Source of the DNA: Prevotella sp.
Lineage (GTDB): Bacteria > Bacteroidota > Bacteroidia > Bacteroidales > Dysgonomonadaceae
Direction of reading: 5' to 3'
DNA length: 64,000 nt
NCBI GenBank assembly: GCA_031285625.1
Contig: JAITVV010000070.1
Location: 1-64,000, forward strand
Under the pieces are notes generated by a model. It ran no database searches, was not told the origin of the DNA, and worked only from the letters and a program-made list of their open reading frames with translations. Shown piece by piece: positions 31,912 to 43,117 of this stretch (its first letter is position 1; the number at the start of each line of letters is the position of its first letter). A program made the position numbers and the translations under genes.

Positions 31912-32517
31912 ATGTTTAAAACAAGATCTTATTTGTTAGTGGCCATCATGGCCTTATCTCTGGGCTTCATTAGTTGTAGTGATGATGACGATGATGATGT
32001 GAAATACCCTAAAAAACTTAGCTACAAAAGGACAGAAATTGTAGGATTCAGATTGTATGTCGGCTCCGAAAATGGAGGAAAAGAAGTATCTACCGTAGGG
32101 TTAAATCCTACAGAATACTGGTCGTTAGAATGGCTTTCCGAAGATCAGGACTGGGCAAAAGGCTTTTCGGTAGAATTTGTCGACGGTGATAATTTAACAG
32201 TAAATAATGAATTCGATTCTGAAAAATTTTCTACAAAATATAAATTTGAAGGAGATAAATTATTCTTGTTTGATAAGGAAGAAAATGAGTGGACTTCTTT
32301 TATTGATGGAAATAGAAATACACTTGCCCTTAAATCCGGATTTGCAAAATATAATCAGGTAAGAGCCGATGGTGCAAGTAGCGGAAGTAATTCCGATGAA
32401 ACTCATTTTAGTCTGGAAGACATGATTGGTGAGAATAAGATATTTAATTCTTTAAGTGAAATGAAGCATATTGAAGACACAGTAATGTGGTATAATATAA
32501 ACTATATATACGAATAA
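31912..32517 (+). CDS. Surface lipoprotein, unknown function
   Basis: Lipobox FISC followed by acidic SDDDDDD (surface export signal-like). Confidence 0.7.
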   Translation: MFKTRSYLLVAIMALSLGFISCSDDDDDDVKYPKKLSYKRTEIVGFRLYVGSENGGKEVSTVGLNPTEYWSLEWLSEDQDWAKGFSVEFVDGDNLTVNNEFDSEKFSTKYKFEGDKLFLFDKEENEWTSFIDGNRNTLALKSGFAKYNQVRADGASSGSNSDETHFSLEDMIGENKIFNSLSEMKHIEDTVMWYNINYIYE

Positions 32518-32533
32518 TAGTATATTGTATAAG

Positions 32534-32569
32534 AAAGGAGGGCTATTATTATAATAATAGCCCTCCTTT
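32534..32569 (+). terminator. Perfect 36-bp palindrome / terminator
   Basis: AAAGGAGGGCTATTATTA|TAATAATAGCCCTCCTTT. Confidence 0.8.
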
Positions 32570-32816
32570 TTGTTTTTATTCCGCTTTGCCAATAATCATT
32601 GGAAGGGTAATTTATCTATATATAAGTTCGCTGTTGAAAAGAAAGTAACAGATAAATCAATCAAATACCTGTTACTTTTGTCACTTTTGTCACTTTTTTA
32701 ATTAAACTCTGCTATGCATACAAAACGATCATTTTCTTATTAGGTTAATTAAATAAATATCATATTTTTGTATATTACATGATAAAACTGGATATTTAAT
32801 TACATTAACCTATCTA

Positions 32817-33395
32817 ATGAAAACAAATAAAAGAATTGGCGAGCGAATTAAAGAAATTCGCGAATCGAAATCCATTAGTGTTTCAGAAATGGTAGAACGT
32901 TCTGGATTAGAAGAGACACAAGTATTAGCTATTGAGAAAACCGGTGGTATACCATCCTTGGCTCCACTGATCAAAATAGCACGTGTGCTAGGTGTACGTC
33001 TGGGCACTTTTCTTGACGATTATGATGAATCAGGACCTGTAATATCCAGAAAAGGACAACATGAAAAAGGAGTCAGCTTTTCTACAAAAAATACTACATC
33101 TCATAAACATATGGATTACTACTCGTTATCCTCTACTAAATCGGGTAGGCATATGGAACCTTTTATCATACAAATAGAACCTGTTGTGAGAGGAGTAGAT
33201 TTTGTATTGTCAACTCATGAAGGTGAGGAATTTATTTATTGCCTGGAAGGTTTTGTTGAGATTAAATATGGTAATGAAACCTATTGGCTTGAAGAAGGGG
33301 ATAGCATTTATTATGACTCTATTGTTGCCCATCATGTACATGCAGGAGGAGAACAAGGCGCTAAAATTCTGGCTGTAGTTTATACTCCTATGTAA
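32817..33395 (+). CDS. XRE-family HTH + cupin transcriptional regulator
   Basis: [10 protein letters not shown]...[15 protein letters not shown]; HEGEEFIY...GDSIYYDS..H. Confidence 0.9.
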   Translation: MKTNKRIGERIKEIRESKSISVSEMVERSGLEETQVLAIEKTGGIPSLAPLIKIARVLGVRLGTFLDDYDESGPVISRKGQHEKGVSFSTKNTTSHKHMDYYSLSSTKSGRHMEPFIIQIEPVVRGVDFVLSTHEGEEFIYCLEGFVEIKYGNETYWLEEGDSIYYDSIVAHHVHAGGEQGAKILAVVYTPM

Positions 33396-33412
33396 TTATA
33401 ATATCTTTTACC

Positions 33413-35065
33413 ATGCAACTTTCTGATAAAACACTTGGACAATGGCTTGAATATTGGGCCGAGAAAACTCCGGATAAAGAATATATAGTATATTCGGACA
33501 GGGATCTTCGGTTTACCTGGAAGCAATTTAACGAACGTGTAGACAATATGGCGAAAGGCTTATTGGCTATTGGAGTGAAACCCGGCTCACATTTGGGCAT
33601 CTGGGCTACAAACGTTCCCGACTGGCTTACGTTTCTGTATGCCGGGGCTAAAATCGGGGCTGTCCTTGTAACCATAAATACAAATTACAAGCAGCATGAG
33701 TTGGAATACATCGTTGATAATGCTGATATTGATACAATCTGTATTACAGAGGGGGTTTTTGATGGCAGTTATATAGATATGGTTTATGAAATGGCTCCCG
33801 AGCTAAAGACGATGCAACGGGGCTATCTGAATGTTTCGCGTTTTCCAAAACTTAAAAATGTAGTTTTTATAGGACAGGAGAAGTATAGGGGCATGTATAA
33901 TACTGCTGAAATACTGTTGCTTGGTAAAAACGTTCCGTGTAATGTTTTAGATAAGGCGAAAGCAACTGTGAAGTGTCATGATGTAGTAAATATGCAATAT
34001 ACTTCCGGAACAACAGGTTTCCCAAAAGGAGTAATGCTTACTCATCATAATATTACGAATAATGGCTTTTTTACCGGTGAGGCTATGGCTTTCACCCCTG
34101 ATGATAAACTTTGCATATGTGTGCCTTTATTCCATTGTTTTGGCATCACCCTCGCCACTATGAATTGTTTAACACATGGCTCGACACAAGTCATGGTCGA
34201 ACGGTTTGATCCTCTTATTGTATTGGCCTCTGTACATAAAGAAAGATGTACAGCCCTTTATGGAGTTCCTACTATGTTTATAGCAGAGCTAAATCATCCT
34301 ATGTTCAATTTGTTTGATGTAAGTTCACTACGGACTGGCATTATGGCCGGTGCGCTATGCCCTATAGAACTGATGAGGCAGGTTACAGAAAAACTGCATA
34401 TAACACATATTACCAGTGTATATGGACTTACTGAGTCTTCTCCGGGGATGACCCACTCTACGATAGAAGACTCGTTTGAGGCGCGTTGCACCACAGTAGG
34501 AAAAGAATATCCTTTGACCGAGGTGAAGATTTTGAACCCTGAAACAGGAGAGGAGTGTCCTTCCGGGGAACAGGGCGAAGTTTGCTGTCGCGGATATTTA
34601 GTAATGAAAGGCTATTATAAAAATCCGGAGGCAACAGCTGAGGTTATTGATAAAGATGGATGGTTACATTCTGGAGATCTGGGTGTAAAAGATGAGAATG
34701 GTTATTATCGTATTACGGGGCGCATAAAGGATATGATAATACGTGGTGGTGAAAATATTTATCCACGCGAAATAGAAGAATATTTATACCATCTCAAAGG
34801 TATAAAGGACATTCAGGTCGTTGGCATTCCTTCTGCAAAATACGGAGAAGTTGTCGGGGCTTTTATTATCTTACAAGACGGAGCCACTCTTCTCTCCGAA
34901 GATGTAAAAGACTTTTGCCGAGGACAAATAGCACGTCATAAAATACCAAAATATATTTTCTTTGTGGACTCTTTTCCTCTAACGGGAAGCGGAAAGATAC
35001 AGAAATTCAAACTAAAGGATATTGGTTTGGAAACATTGAAAAAACAAGGAGTGGAAGTAATTTAA
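33413..35065 (+). CDS. AMP-binding acyl-CoA synthetase
   Basis: [46 protein letters not shown]. Confidence 0.92.
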   Translation: MQLSDKTLGQWLEYWAEKTPDKEYIVYSDRDLRFTWKQFNERVDNMAKGLLAIGVKPGSHLGIWATNVPDWLTFLYAGAKIGAVLVTINTNYKQHELEYIVDNADIDTICITEGVFDGSYIDMVYEMAPELKTMQRGYLNVSRFPKLKNVVFIGQEKYRGMYNTAEILLLGKNVPCNVLDKAKATVKCHDVVNMQYTSGTTGFPKGVMLTHHNITNNGFFTGEAMAFTPDDKLCICVPLFHCFGITLATMNCLTHGSTQVMVERFDPLIVLASVHKERCTALYGVPTMFIAELNHPMFNLFDVSSLRTGIMAGALCPIELMRQVTEKLHITHITSVYGLTESSPGMTHSTIEDSFEARCTTVGKEYPLTEVKILNPETGEECPSGEQGEVCCRGYLVMKGYYKNPEATAEVIDKDGWLHSGDLGVKDENGYYRITGRIKDMIIRGGENIYPREIEEYLYHLKGIKDIQVVGIPSAKYGEVVGAFIILQDGATLLSEDVKDFCRGQIARHKIPKYIFFVDSFPLTGSGKIQKFKLKDIGLETLKKQGVEVI

Positions 35066-35170
35066 TAAAACTTAAATTACGACAATAGCATTTATTAGGA
35101 AACATAAAAGGTTTATAATAAATTTGCCCCTCAAATAAAATTATGTTAACACTTTAGATTTCTAATAAAC

Positions 35171-36358
35171 ATGCACTCATCAACTACACTAACTAATAAC
35201 AATCGCATAGAGATTGCAGATGTATTACGTGGTTTTGCTGTAATGGGAATTACCCTTATCCATTTTATCGAACGGTTCAGTCTCAATAGCCACCCGGAAG
35301 AAACCTGCAACTTTCTGATGTTTACAGATAAGATAATCTGGGACAGCGTATTCTTTGCTTTTTCCGGTAAAGCGTATTGCATTTTTGCCTTACTTTTTGG
35401 TTTCAGTTTTTTTATTCAGGATAATAATCAACTTAAGAAAGAAAAAGATTTTCGAGGACGATTTGCCTGGCGGTTAGTATTACTTTTTTTTATCGCCTGC
35501 ATCAATTCCACTTTATTTCCCGGTGAAATATTGGTTCTCTATGCATTGGTTGGTTATGTACTTATTGTAGTTTGCCGTCTTTCCACCCGCACAGTTGCGG
35601 TCATTGCGATTGTTCTTTTGTTACAACCTTTGGAATGGGGACAAATAATTTATGCACTCTTTAATCCTGAGTATGTAGCAAATGCAGCGTTTGATGCTCC
35701 ATACTGGGAAATAGTCAATACAGCCCAGAAAGAAGGCTCCTTCCTCGAAATGAGTAAAACTGCTATATGGACAGGCAACATTGCTAATATGGGATGGATG
35801 TTATTGCATGGAAGGGTTACCCAAACGGCAGCGTTGTTTATGACAGGTATGCTAATAGGACGTGGTAATCTGTTTCCTTATTCAGAAGATAATATAAAAT
35901 TATGGGTTAAAGTATTTATAATAACCACCATTGCCTTTTTCCCGATTTATGGTCTGATAGCTATACTCCCCGATTTTATAAGCCGGGAGGCCTTACTTGT
36001 GCCTTCTGTCCTTATACTTAAATCTCTTTCTAATATTGCATTTACAGGAATCCTGTTTGCCGGGGTAATACTTGTTTATTATCTGACAAGGTTTAAACGT
36101 GTTCTCCATCAATTAGCTCCTTATGGACGCATGAGTTTGACAAATTATTTATCTCAGTCTTTGATAGGAGCATTCCTTTTTTATCATTGGGGACTGGAGC
36201 TCTATAAATACACTGGTATTACAGCCTGTTTCTTAATGGGTATCGGAATGTTTCTTATGCAGTTCTTCTTCTGTCGTTGGTGGCTTCGTTCACATCGTCA
36301 GGGTCCATTAGAATGGTTGTGGAAAAAGGCAACATGGATTAAAATAGGAAAAGGATAA
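35171..36358 (+). CDS. DUF418 family membrane protein
   Basis: RIEIADVLRGFA, GRMSLTNYLSQS, QGPLEWLW. Confidence 0.88.
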   Translation: MHSSTTLTNNNRIEIADVLRGFAVMGITLIHFIERFSLNSHPEETCNFLMFTDKIIWDSVFFAFSGKAYCIFALLFGFSFFIQDNNQLKKEKDFRGRFAWRLVLLFFIACINSTLFPGEILVLYALVGYVLIVVCRLSTRTVAVIAIVLLLQPLEWGQIIYALFNPEYVANAAFDAPYWEIVNTAQKEGSFLEMSKTAIWTGNIANMGWMLLHGRVTQTAALFMTGMLIGRGNLFPYSEDNIKLWVKVFIITTIAFFPIYGLIAILPDFISREALLVPSVLILKSLSNIAFTGILFAGVILVYYLTRFKRVLHQLAPYGRMSLTNYLSQSLIGAFLFYHWGLELYKYTGITACFLMGIGMFLMQFFFCRWWLRSHRQGPLEWLWKKATWIKIGKG

Positions 36359-36380
36359 TTATTGTTTGATTAGATATGTA

Positions 36381-36537
36381 ATAGAAGCTGTGTCAAAAGT
36401 AATTTTCACTTTCTTTTTGTCGTGTTGAACGGAGTGAAACATCTCGTGTATGGAGAGTCGAGATCCTTCGTTACACTCAGGATGACAAAGAGGCTAACAC
36501 TTTGATAGTGCTGTTTTACTTTTGACACACCTTCTAT
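36381..36537. repeat. MITE-like element: 22-bp terminal inverted repeats enclosing a REP-like palindrome
   Basis: ATAGAAGCTGTGTCAAAAGTAA ... TTACTTTTGACACACCTTCTAT (1 mismatch); inner TTTGTCGTGTTGAAC...CAGGATGACAAA. Confidence 0.75.
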
Positions 36538-36541
36538 ATTG

Positions 36542-38086
36542 TTATTCCGGATGTATTAGCAAATTCGGCTGATCCGAATATACTATATAATCCCATGATC
36601 GTAAGAAGTAATCATTATGAGCATCAACTTCAACTTTTATTTTATGCTTACCCTTAGGTAACTGATATTTCCAAAATAAATCATGCCTCCTGTATTTGAA
36701 ATCCGTTGGAAAAACGGATGTTTCGACTTTTTCCCCATCAATATACAATGAAGCTGTCAATTCTCCCTGTTCAGCACCGTTTCTTTTAATACCGGCATCG
36801 CCTCTCAAAGCAAAACCTGTACCATCTATCTCGAACTCGATAGTCCTGATATCATAATTGTGATAATTTATCCTACTTATAGGGAACATACCTTCAAAAC
36901 TTTGCTCATATTTTACAGTCTGAGGTTTTTGTACCTGAATGATAACGTTATCCCCATCAATCCTACCATTATTTCTTTCTATCATTTTCAGGGCATGTTC
37001 AAAACTAATGTCATATACCTTGTTTAATGACATATTGGTATATTTGAAGTTAATATCTTCTGCTCCGGTCAGTCCTTTTTTCCAATATTCAGGAATGTTA
37101 TCATAACCATACATCACTCCAAGAATACCACCGGCTGATGCCGGATTGCAATCTGAGTCCTGTCCGGCACGGGTTGATATTTCCAATGTGCGGGTATAGT
37201 TTCCTTTTCCGTAGAGTAGGCCTAGCACTACATAGGCCGCATTTATCCGGGCATCGATATTAAGGGCAGTAAAAACTCCCTCCGGGCATCCTATATCATC
37301 ACTATGGCCTTTTTGTAATAAGAGCCATGCCTGATGCCAATCGTCAGGATATTCTTTGTGCCATTTAATCACATCGGCAATACATTTATAAAATTTACTT
37401 TCTGTCGGAATAGTTTTTAAAGCCTCATTAACAATGAATTCAATATCATCCGATATAAAAGCCAGTGTATACATAGCTCCTATGTAAACTCCACCATACC
37501 AACCATCACCATAATTCATGATATGTCCTACTCTGTCACTTATCTCGGAGGCTGAATTTGTCATCCCGGGATTCATAAGTCCTGCAAAATCTGCTTCGAT
37601 CTGATAATCAATGTCATCAGCATGCGGATTGTTTAGCCAATGTCCAGGATCTTTAACACCATGCATTATATTATATCTTGCTGCCTGATTAGCATGCCAT
37701 AAATTGTAATCGGCATATGCAAAAGAATGTGCAAAAGAATCTACCGGAGCATCCATCCCTACTCTATCCAAGACCTCGACAAAGGTCAGGTCCATATAAA
37801 TATCATCAAAAAGATCGGGCCAACTATCCATAAGTTCTTTTACGTAACCTTCATGATAAGGTATAGGTTGAAAATCCTGAATAAATGTCCCATTATATTT
37901 AAACTCGGTATGACTGCCAAATGACACACCTATGGCTTGTCCTGCCCATCCACCTTTTATTTTATCATATAGCTGATTTTTTGAAAACGTTATTTTTTCA
38001 GGTAACAGTATCTCTTTTTTATCTGAATTACACGAATACTGGATAATACAAAACAAGACAATAAATATATTGAGATAATATTTCAT
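36542..38086 (-). CDS. ADP-ribosylglycohydrolase-family lipoprotein
   Basis: DKIKGGWAGQAIG, DDIYMD, DDIDYQIEAD, GQDSDCN; lipobox QYSC after Met at 38086. Confidence 0.85.
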   Translation of the reverse strand: MKYYLNIFIVLFCIIQYSCNSDKKEILLPEKITFSKNQLYDKIKGGWAGQAIGVSFGSHTEFKYNGTFIQDFQPIPYHEGYVKELMDSWPDLFDDIYMDLTFVEVLDRVGMDAPVDSFAHSFAYADYNLWHANQAARYNIMHGVKDPGHWLNNPHADDIDYQIEADFAGLMNPGMTNSASEISDRVGHIMNYGDGWYGGVYIGAMYTLAFISDDIEFIVNEALKTIPTESKFYKCIADVIKWHKEYPDDWHQAWLLLQKGHSDDIGCPEGVFTALNIDARINAAYVVLGLLYGKGNYTRTLEISTRAGQDSDCNPASAGGILGVMYGYDNIPEYWKKGLTGAEDINFKYTNMSLNKVYDISFEHALKMIERNNGRIDGDNVIIQVQKPQTVKYEQSFEGMFPISRINYHNYDIRTIEFEIDGTGFALRGDAGIKRNGAEQGELTASLYIDGEKVETSVFPTDFKYRRHDLFWKYQLPKGKHKIKVEVDAHNDYFLRSWDYIVYSDQPNLLIHPE

Positions 38087-38171
38087 TTTATATTCTTTAA
38101 TAAATGGTATACAAAGCATTATGTATTGGCCTGCCCCATATACAGACCAATACATAAAAAATTACAATAAA

Positions 38172-39965
38172 TCAATTTTTAGCACCAGACCATCCCGGGT
38201 TTTGAACAAAGGTGTCTGGGTTTTTATTTACTTCTTCTTGATGGAAAGGCCACAAATAGTGCTTAGGAGCATCAAAAACACGGTTTTCTACCCAAGTCCG
38301 TTTAAAGAAATTATCATCACGTGCATTAATATCCATACCATGAACTGCCTTTACCTGATCGCTTATCTTCCAGCGGTTGCAGTCGAAATAGCGATGTGTT
38401 TCAAGAGCTAATTCTACCTGGCGTTCGTGTCTTATTCTCTCTCTCATTTGATCCTTCGTCAGTCCTGTTTTCAAATTAGGCAAGCCGGCCCGTGTACGGA
38501 TCATATTCATATATTTGTATACATCACTAACCGGCCCCGAAGCCTCGTTCAGTGCTTCCGCATAGTTTAGATATATTTCAGCCATACGGAAATAATTCCA
38601 TGTTTTTTTAACAAATATACCCTTTGGCAGATCTACACCATTCTCATCTAAAAACTTACGCATCAGATAACCGGTGGTTGAGTAGTCCGGGCCGCCCCCA
38701 CGTCCGTCAGGTGCTCCCATGCGGAAGTCGATTTGACGACCACGCCAATGAGAGCCTGTATATGTAACCGTTGCATAAAAGCGCGGCTCGCGTTCAACAA
38801 ACATATTAAATGTATTTTCAGGATAATATCCCTTCGGGTGTGCCTCAGCTTTAAAGCCTTCTTCCAAATATCCTGATTCAGGATTAATGATTGGGCTACC
38901 ATCGGCATTATATCCCAAAATCGGAGTTTTCCCATTAGCCATTTCATATGCATCCACGAGCTCCTGAGTAGGACATAAGCCTGACCAACCGCCTAGGCTG
39001 AGAGGTCCTGCTGCGCGCTCCATTTGATCGTAGAATTCCATATTCTTAGCAAAAATTATTTCCTTATTCCAGTGTTCTGTAAATAAGTAGCGATAGTTAT
39101 CCAATGGGTCGCCCGATTCGGCATAGTATAATCCATAACCGCCAGCCTCCATTTCTTCAATACATTTTTTTGTATAGTCGGCAGCTATTTTCCAACGTTC
39201 GGCATCATAAGCTGTTGGGAACAGGTGATTGCCCTCCTTATCGGTAAAATTTGCATAGTCTGGGTTACCATTCCACAAAGGGCTTGCCCTGTATAGCAAT
39301 AGTCTTGACTTCAGCGCCATAGCGGCAGCCTTAGTTGCACGTCCGTACCTGTCGGATCCCTCTTTCATATTTAGGTAAGTTGTAGCTCTGTCGCACTCAT
39401 TGGCTATAAAATCCACACATTGATCCAGCGGCATACGGATAGTTGTTTCCGCAAAATTGTCGTTGGTCTCGAATACCCTTTCATAGATATGCGTCGGTCC
39501 ATAGATGCGTATCAGTTGGAAGTGAAAAAAAGCGCGTAAAAAAATGGCTTCACCAATCCAACCCTGACGTTTTTGTTCGTCCATTGGTACTTTATCTACA
39601 TTGGCGAGAAATATATTGGTCTTTCTGATTCCCTGATAGGCCATATTAGAAACATCTCTTAATACATTATCCGGAGTCCACGAGCCATTATTCATGAAAT
39701 AGGCAAAACAGTTGGTGTAGGGATAATCCAGTTCATCGGCCGCGCCTACAAATGGGTTTTGACCCCAGTCGTTTGTAAAATTAAGTTCCCACGGAGTGTT
39801 CCAGTAGGTGGATGATAAAAATTGCTCCGCATAATATTCATTTGAAAATACGGCATCAAGATCCAGATCCTCATCGGGTGCTTTCTCCAGATAATCCTCA
39901 CAGGAAGTGCCCATTCCCAGTAATATCATCAGCAAAATGCTGTATAGTATACTATTACGTTTCAT
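38172..39965 (-). CDS. SusD/RagB family lipoprotein
   Basis: SCEDYLEK, GEAIFLRAFFHF, RMAEIYLNYAEA, ERQVELALE, QNPGW. Confidence 0.95.
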   Translation of the reverse strand: MKRNSILYSILLMILLGMGTSCEDYLEKAPDEDLDLDAVFSNEYYAEQFLSSTYWNTPWELNFTNDWGQNPFVGAADELDYPYTNCFAYFMNNGSWTPDNVLRDVSNMAYQGIRKTNIFLANVDKVPMDEQKRQGWIGEAIFLRAFFHFQLIRIYGPTHIYERVFETNDNFAETTIRMPLDQCVDFIANECDRATTYLNMKEGSDRYGRATKAAAMALKSRLLLYRASPLWNGNPDYANFTDKEGNHLFPTAYDAERWKIAADYTKKCIEEMEAGGYGLYYAESGDPLDNYRYLFTEHWNKEIIFAKNMEFYDQMERAAGPLSLGGWSGLCPTQELVDAYEMANGKTPILGYNADGSPIINPESGYLEEGFKAEAHPKGYYPENTFNMFVEREPRFYATVTYTGSHWRGRQIDFRMGAPDGRGGGPDYSTTGYLMRKFLDENGVDLPKGIFVKKTWNYFRMAEIYLNYAEALNEASGPVSDVYKYMNMIRTRAGLPNLKTGLTKDQMRERIRHERQVELALETHRYFDCNRWKISDQVKAVHGMDINARDDNFFKRTWVENRVFDAPKHYLWPFHQEEVNKNPDTFVQNPGWSGAKN

Positions 39966-39997
39966 ATCTATTATAAGTTTAGTTATTTTTGTTTTTC

Positions 39998-42900
39998 TTA
40001 AAAATCTACTGAAAGCCCGAAGTTGATTGCCCGTTGGATAGGATACCAGTTATCTGATTCCGGATCAATTGTGTTATTTATCTTATCCCAGGTAATAAGG
40101 TTAGTACCATTGGCAAATACCCTGATATTCTTCATTTTCAGTTTGCTCATCACTTTCTTTGGCAGGGTATAGCCTATCTCCATATTTTTCAGGCGAATAA
40201 AGCTGGCATCTTTTTGCCATACAGTCGAACGTCTCATGCTCTGTGGGTTATTTCCGTCTGTAACCACCGGGTACTTAGCCGAAGCAGCCGTTTCAGGTGT
40301 CCATCGGTTGTCGTAAACTTCATTAAATACGTTGAAGAATCCCATCCCCATTTCGAATGGATAAAAAGTGCGGCCTTCAAACCACAAACTTGTACGGGCA
40401 GATCCTGTAAAGAAAACACTGAAGTCGAATCCTTTATACTCAATAGTACCACCAAATCCAAAAACTAATTCCGGGTCACGGGTGTAACCGATCGCTGTCT
40501 GGTCATTACTATCGATAATACCATCACCATTCACATCCTTGTATTTCACATCACCCGGTATAGGACGTCCACCAAGCAAGGTCTGGTCGTACCAGTTGTC
40601 AATATCTTCTTCGGACTGGAAAAATCCTTCAGCTACAAGCCCGAACGGTTGGCCGATAGAATGGCCTATTTCGGATAAATTATCCCAAAGTGGTTTTGCC
40701 TTATCATTCTCTATTACCTCGTTGTGTGCATAGGTTATATTACCTCGGAAAGAATAGAAAAATCCGGAAGACGTACGATCTTTAAATTCCAACTGAGCAT
40801 CAAAACCACTGTTTTTGGCCTCACCCAAGTTACCCCATAAGGAACTTGCAGAAATGAAACCCGCACCAGTTGGCACTGACGAACGCTGCATTAGAATACC
40901 TTTTCTTCTTTCGTGGAAGAAATCGGTCTGCAAAGAGATACGATCTTTCCAAAGCCCGAGATCAAACCCAGCATTTGTTTTGACTGCTGTTTCCCAAGTC
41001 ACATCATTATATCCAATCTTAGTCTCTATTATGCCGGGCCACAAGACTTGCGACTCACCAAAATAAGCTCTCTGATCCGATCCACCATCCAGTTTTGTCA
41101 GATACAAGAAGCGGTCTCCACCAATCTGATCGTTACCAACTTCACCATGTGAAAATCTGAGTTTCAGATTGCTTACCACTTTATCGTTCCAAAACGATTC
41201 GCCGGAAACTAACCAGCCGACAGATATAGCAGGGAAAAAGCCCATCTGTTTTCCTTTCGGAAAGTTTTCAGAACCATTATAGCCAGCATTAAACTCGACG
41301 AAATATTTCAGTCCATAATCATAGGTAGCACGCATCGCAAGTCCCTGGCTACGATATGGCAAATTCAAAAGAGAGGTTCCGGCCGATAAGTCATCATACT
41401 GCCTGCGATTGAAGAGCAACATACCCGAAACGGTATGCATCTTGTTGAACGTGCGTTGGTAATTAGCCGATACATCCCAATAGACAGACTGATTTGTATT
41501 TCGTGTTGCATTGTTGAATCCCATGGCCTGAGCTTCGCGAACAATATTGTACTGGTCTTCACCAGATTCATCTTTTCCCAGATATTGTTTTATTCCGAAC
41601 GTTTTATATCGTAATGCTTTATTTGCATGATAATAATCGAACGAAAAATGTCCTTTTACCGACAAGCCTTTTGTTATCAGGCGCGACAAATCCCATGTAA
41701 GTCCGGCTGTAGACTGTATAGTCGTCAAACGTTCGTCGGAATACCCGGTCTCGGTAGACTGCCCCCATGGATTGGAACCGATATAGGTAGGTATGCCTGC
41801 TATACTGCCGTCGGGATTGGTTTTAGGGAAAATGATAGGGCCTGTATCGCGCAAACCGTCGAAGATACCGGCAGCACCAGCACCAGGATAAGTACGGTCG
41901 TCAATAATACCGCCAACACCTAATTCTACGATTAAATCTCTGCTCAGGTTTATATCCACATTGGAACGATAATTGTATCGCGCTACCCCTGCATTCGTAT
42001 TATGTTCATTAGCGGGATTAGTCCTATATATACCTGTTTGATTAGAATATCCAAGGTTTACATAGTAACGTACGATTTCACTACCGCCGGTTACACTCAG
42101 GTTATTTATCGTTTGAAATGAATTCGGTTTCAGAACTTCGTCTATCCAATCCACATTGGGATAGAGGTAAGGGTCGGATCCTGTGCGGAATTTCTCCAGC
42201 TCTTCGGATGTCCAGCGGGCAGGTTTGCCCACATTTGCCAATCCCTCGTTCATTAATGAGGCATATTGGTAACCGTCTATATAATTCCTTTGAGACAAGC
42301 TAGTAAGAATAGCCATCTCTGTACGGAACGAAACCTGAGGTTTTCCTTGTTTACCTCTCTTGGTGGTAATCAAGATAACCCCATTGGCCCCTTTTACCCC
42401 ATACACAGCTGTCGCTGAGGCATCTTTAAGCACTGATAAGCTTTCTACCTCGTCCGGGTTGACAGTACCTATAGAACGTTCTATACCATCTACCAATACC
42501 AACGGATTTTTTGCACCCCATGTTGCCATACCGCGGATATATATATTTGCAGCATCAAATCCCGGTTCACCGGATGTTTGTCGGGTAATAATCCCCGGCA
42601 TACGCCCCGACAGGGCATTGGGTAATGAAGTAGTTGCAGTTCGTTTAATTTCGGCGGGCGCAATATTCGAAATCGAGCCAACAACACTCACTTTCTTTTG
42701 GGTACCATAACCCACTACAACCACCTCATCCATCAGATTCTGGTCGCTGCTCATTGTTATGTTTATTTCTGTTCTTCCTCTTAATGGTTCTTCCGTCGTT
42801 ACCAATCCGACATAGCTGTAAACTATTATTGCATCGGTAGGCACATCAAACGAATATCGTCCTTCAGCATCGGTAAAAGTACCTACAACGGTACCTTTCA

Positions 42901-43117
42901 CCGTTACGGTCACTCCAGGTAGAATGTCTCCTAAGTCATCCTTTACAATCCCGGATACTTTTATTTTACCTCCATCATTATTCTGAGCATTTACCATTAC
43001 AGGCAATAATGCCAACGAAAATATGATGCAGAATATCACTTTATGCAGATCGTGCATCTTCCATCTTCCAATAAGTACATTGGTTCCGGACTTTCTGTGA
43101 GTAGTTCGTTTTTTCAT
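39998..43117 (-). CDS. SusC/RagA TonB-dependent transporter
   Basis: DEVVVVGYGTQKK, VLKDASATAVYG, GANGVILITTKRG, C-terminal GLSVDF. Confidence 0.97.
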   Translation of the reverse strand: MKKRTTHRKSGTNVLIGRWKMHDLHKVIFCIIFSLALLPVMVNAQNNDGGKIKVSGIVKDDLGDILPGVTVTVKGTVVGTFTDAEGRYSFDVPTDAIIVYSYVGLVTTEEPLRGRTEINITMSSDQNLMDEVVVVGYGTQKKVSVVGSISNIAPAEIKRTATTSLPNALSGRMPGIITRQTSGEPGFDAANIYIRGMATWGAKNPLVLVDGIERSIGTVNPDEVESLSVLKDASATAVYGVKGANGVILITTKRGKQGKPQVSFRTEMAILTSLSQRNYIDGYQYASLMNEGLANVGKPARWTSEELEKFRTGSDPYLYPNVDWIDEVLKPNSFQTINNLSVTGGSEIVRYYVNLGYSNQTGIYRTNPANEHNTNAGVARYNYRSNVDINLSRDLIVELGVGGIIDDRTYPGAGAAGIFDGLRDTGPIIFPKTNPDGSIAGIPTYIGSNPWGQSTETGYSDERLTTIQSTAGLTWDLSRLITKGLSVKGHFSFDYYHANKALRYKTFGIKQYLGKDESGEDQYNIVREAQAMGFNNATRNTNQSVYWDVSANYQRTFNKMHTVSGMLLFNRRQYDDLSAGTSLLNLPYRSQGLAMRATYDYGLKYFVEFNAGYNGSENFPKGKQMGFFPAISVGWLVSGESFWNDKVVSNLKLRFSHGEVGNDQIGGDRFLYLTKLDGGSDQRAYFGESQVLWPGIIETKIGYNDVTWETAVKTNAGFDLGLWKDRISLQTDFFHERRKGILMQRSSVPTGAGFISASSLWGNLGEAKNSGFDAQLEFKDRTSSGFFYSFRGNITYAHNEVIENDKAKPLWDNLSEIGHSIGQPFGLVAEGFFQSEEDIDNWYDQTLLGGRPIPGDVKYKDVNGDGIIDSNDQTAIGYTRDPELVFGFGGTIEYKGFDFSVFFTGSARTSLWFEGRTFYPFEMGMGFFNVFNEVYDNRWTPETAASAKYPVVTDGNNPQSMRRSTVWQKDASFIRLKNMEIGYTLPKKVMSKLKMKNIRVFANGTNLITWDKINNTIDPESDNWYPIQRAINFGLSVDF

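Noticed and set aside
31775-31912. No lolA after ftsK
   Set aside because: A gene-order difference only; lolA may be elsewhere in the genome.
32534-32569. Perfect palindrome as a recombination site
   Set aside because: GC stem with T tail directly after a stop codon; adequately explained as a terminator.
36542-38086. ARH as antitoxin or DraG regulator
   Set aside because: It has a lipoprotein signal, follows SusD and has no neighbouring ADP-ribosyltransferase.
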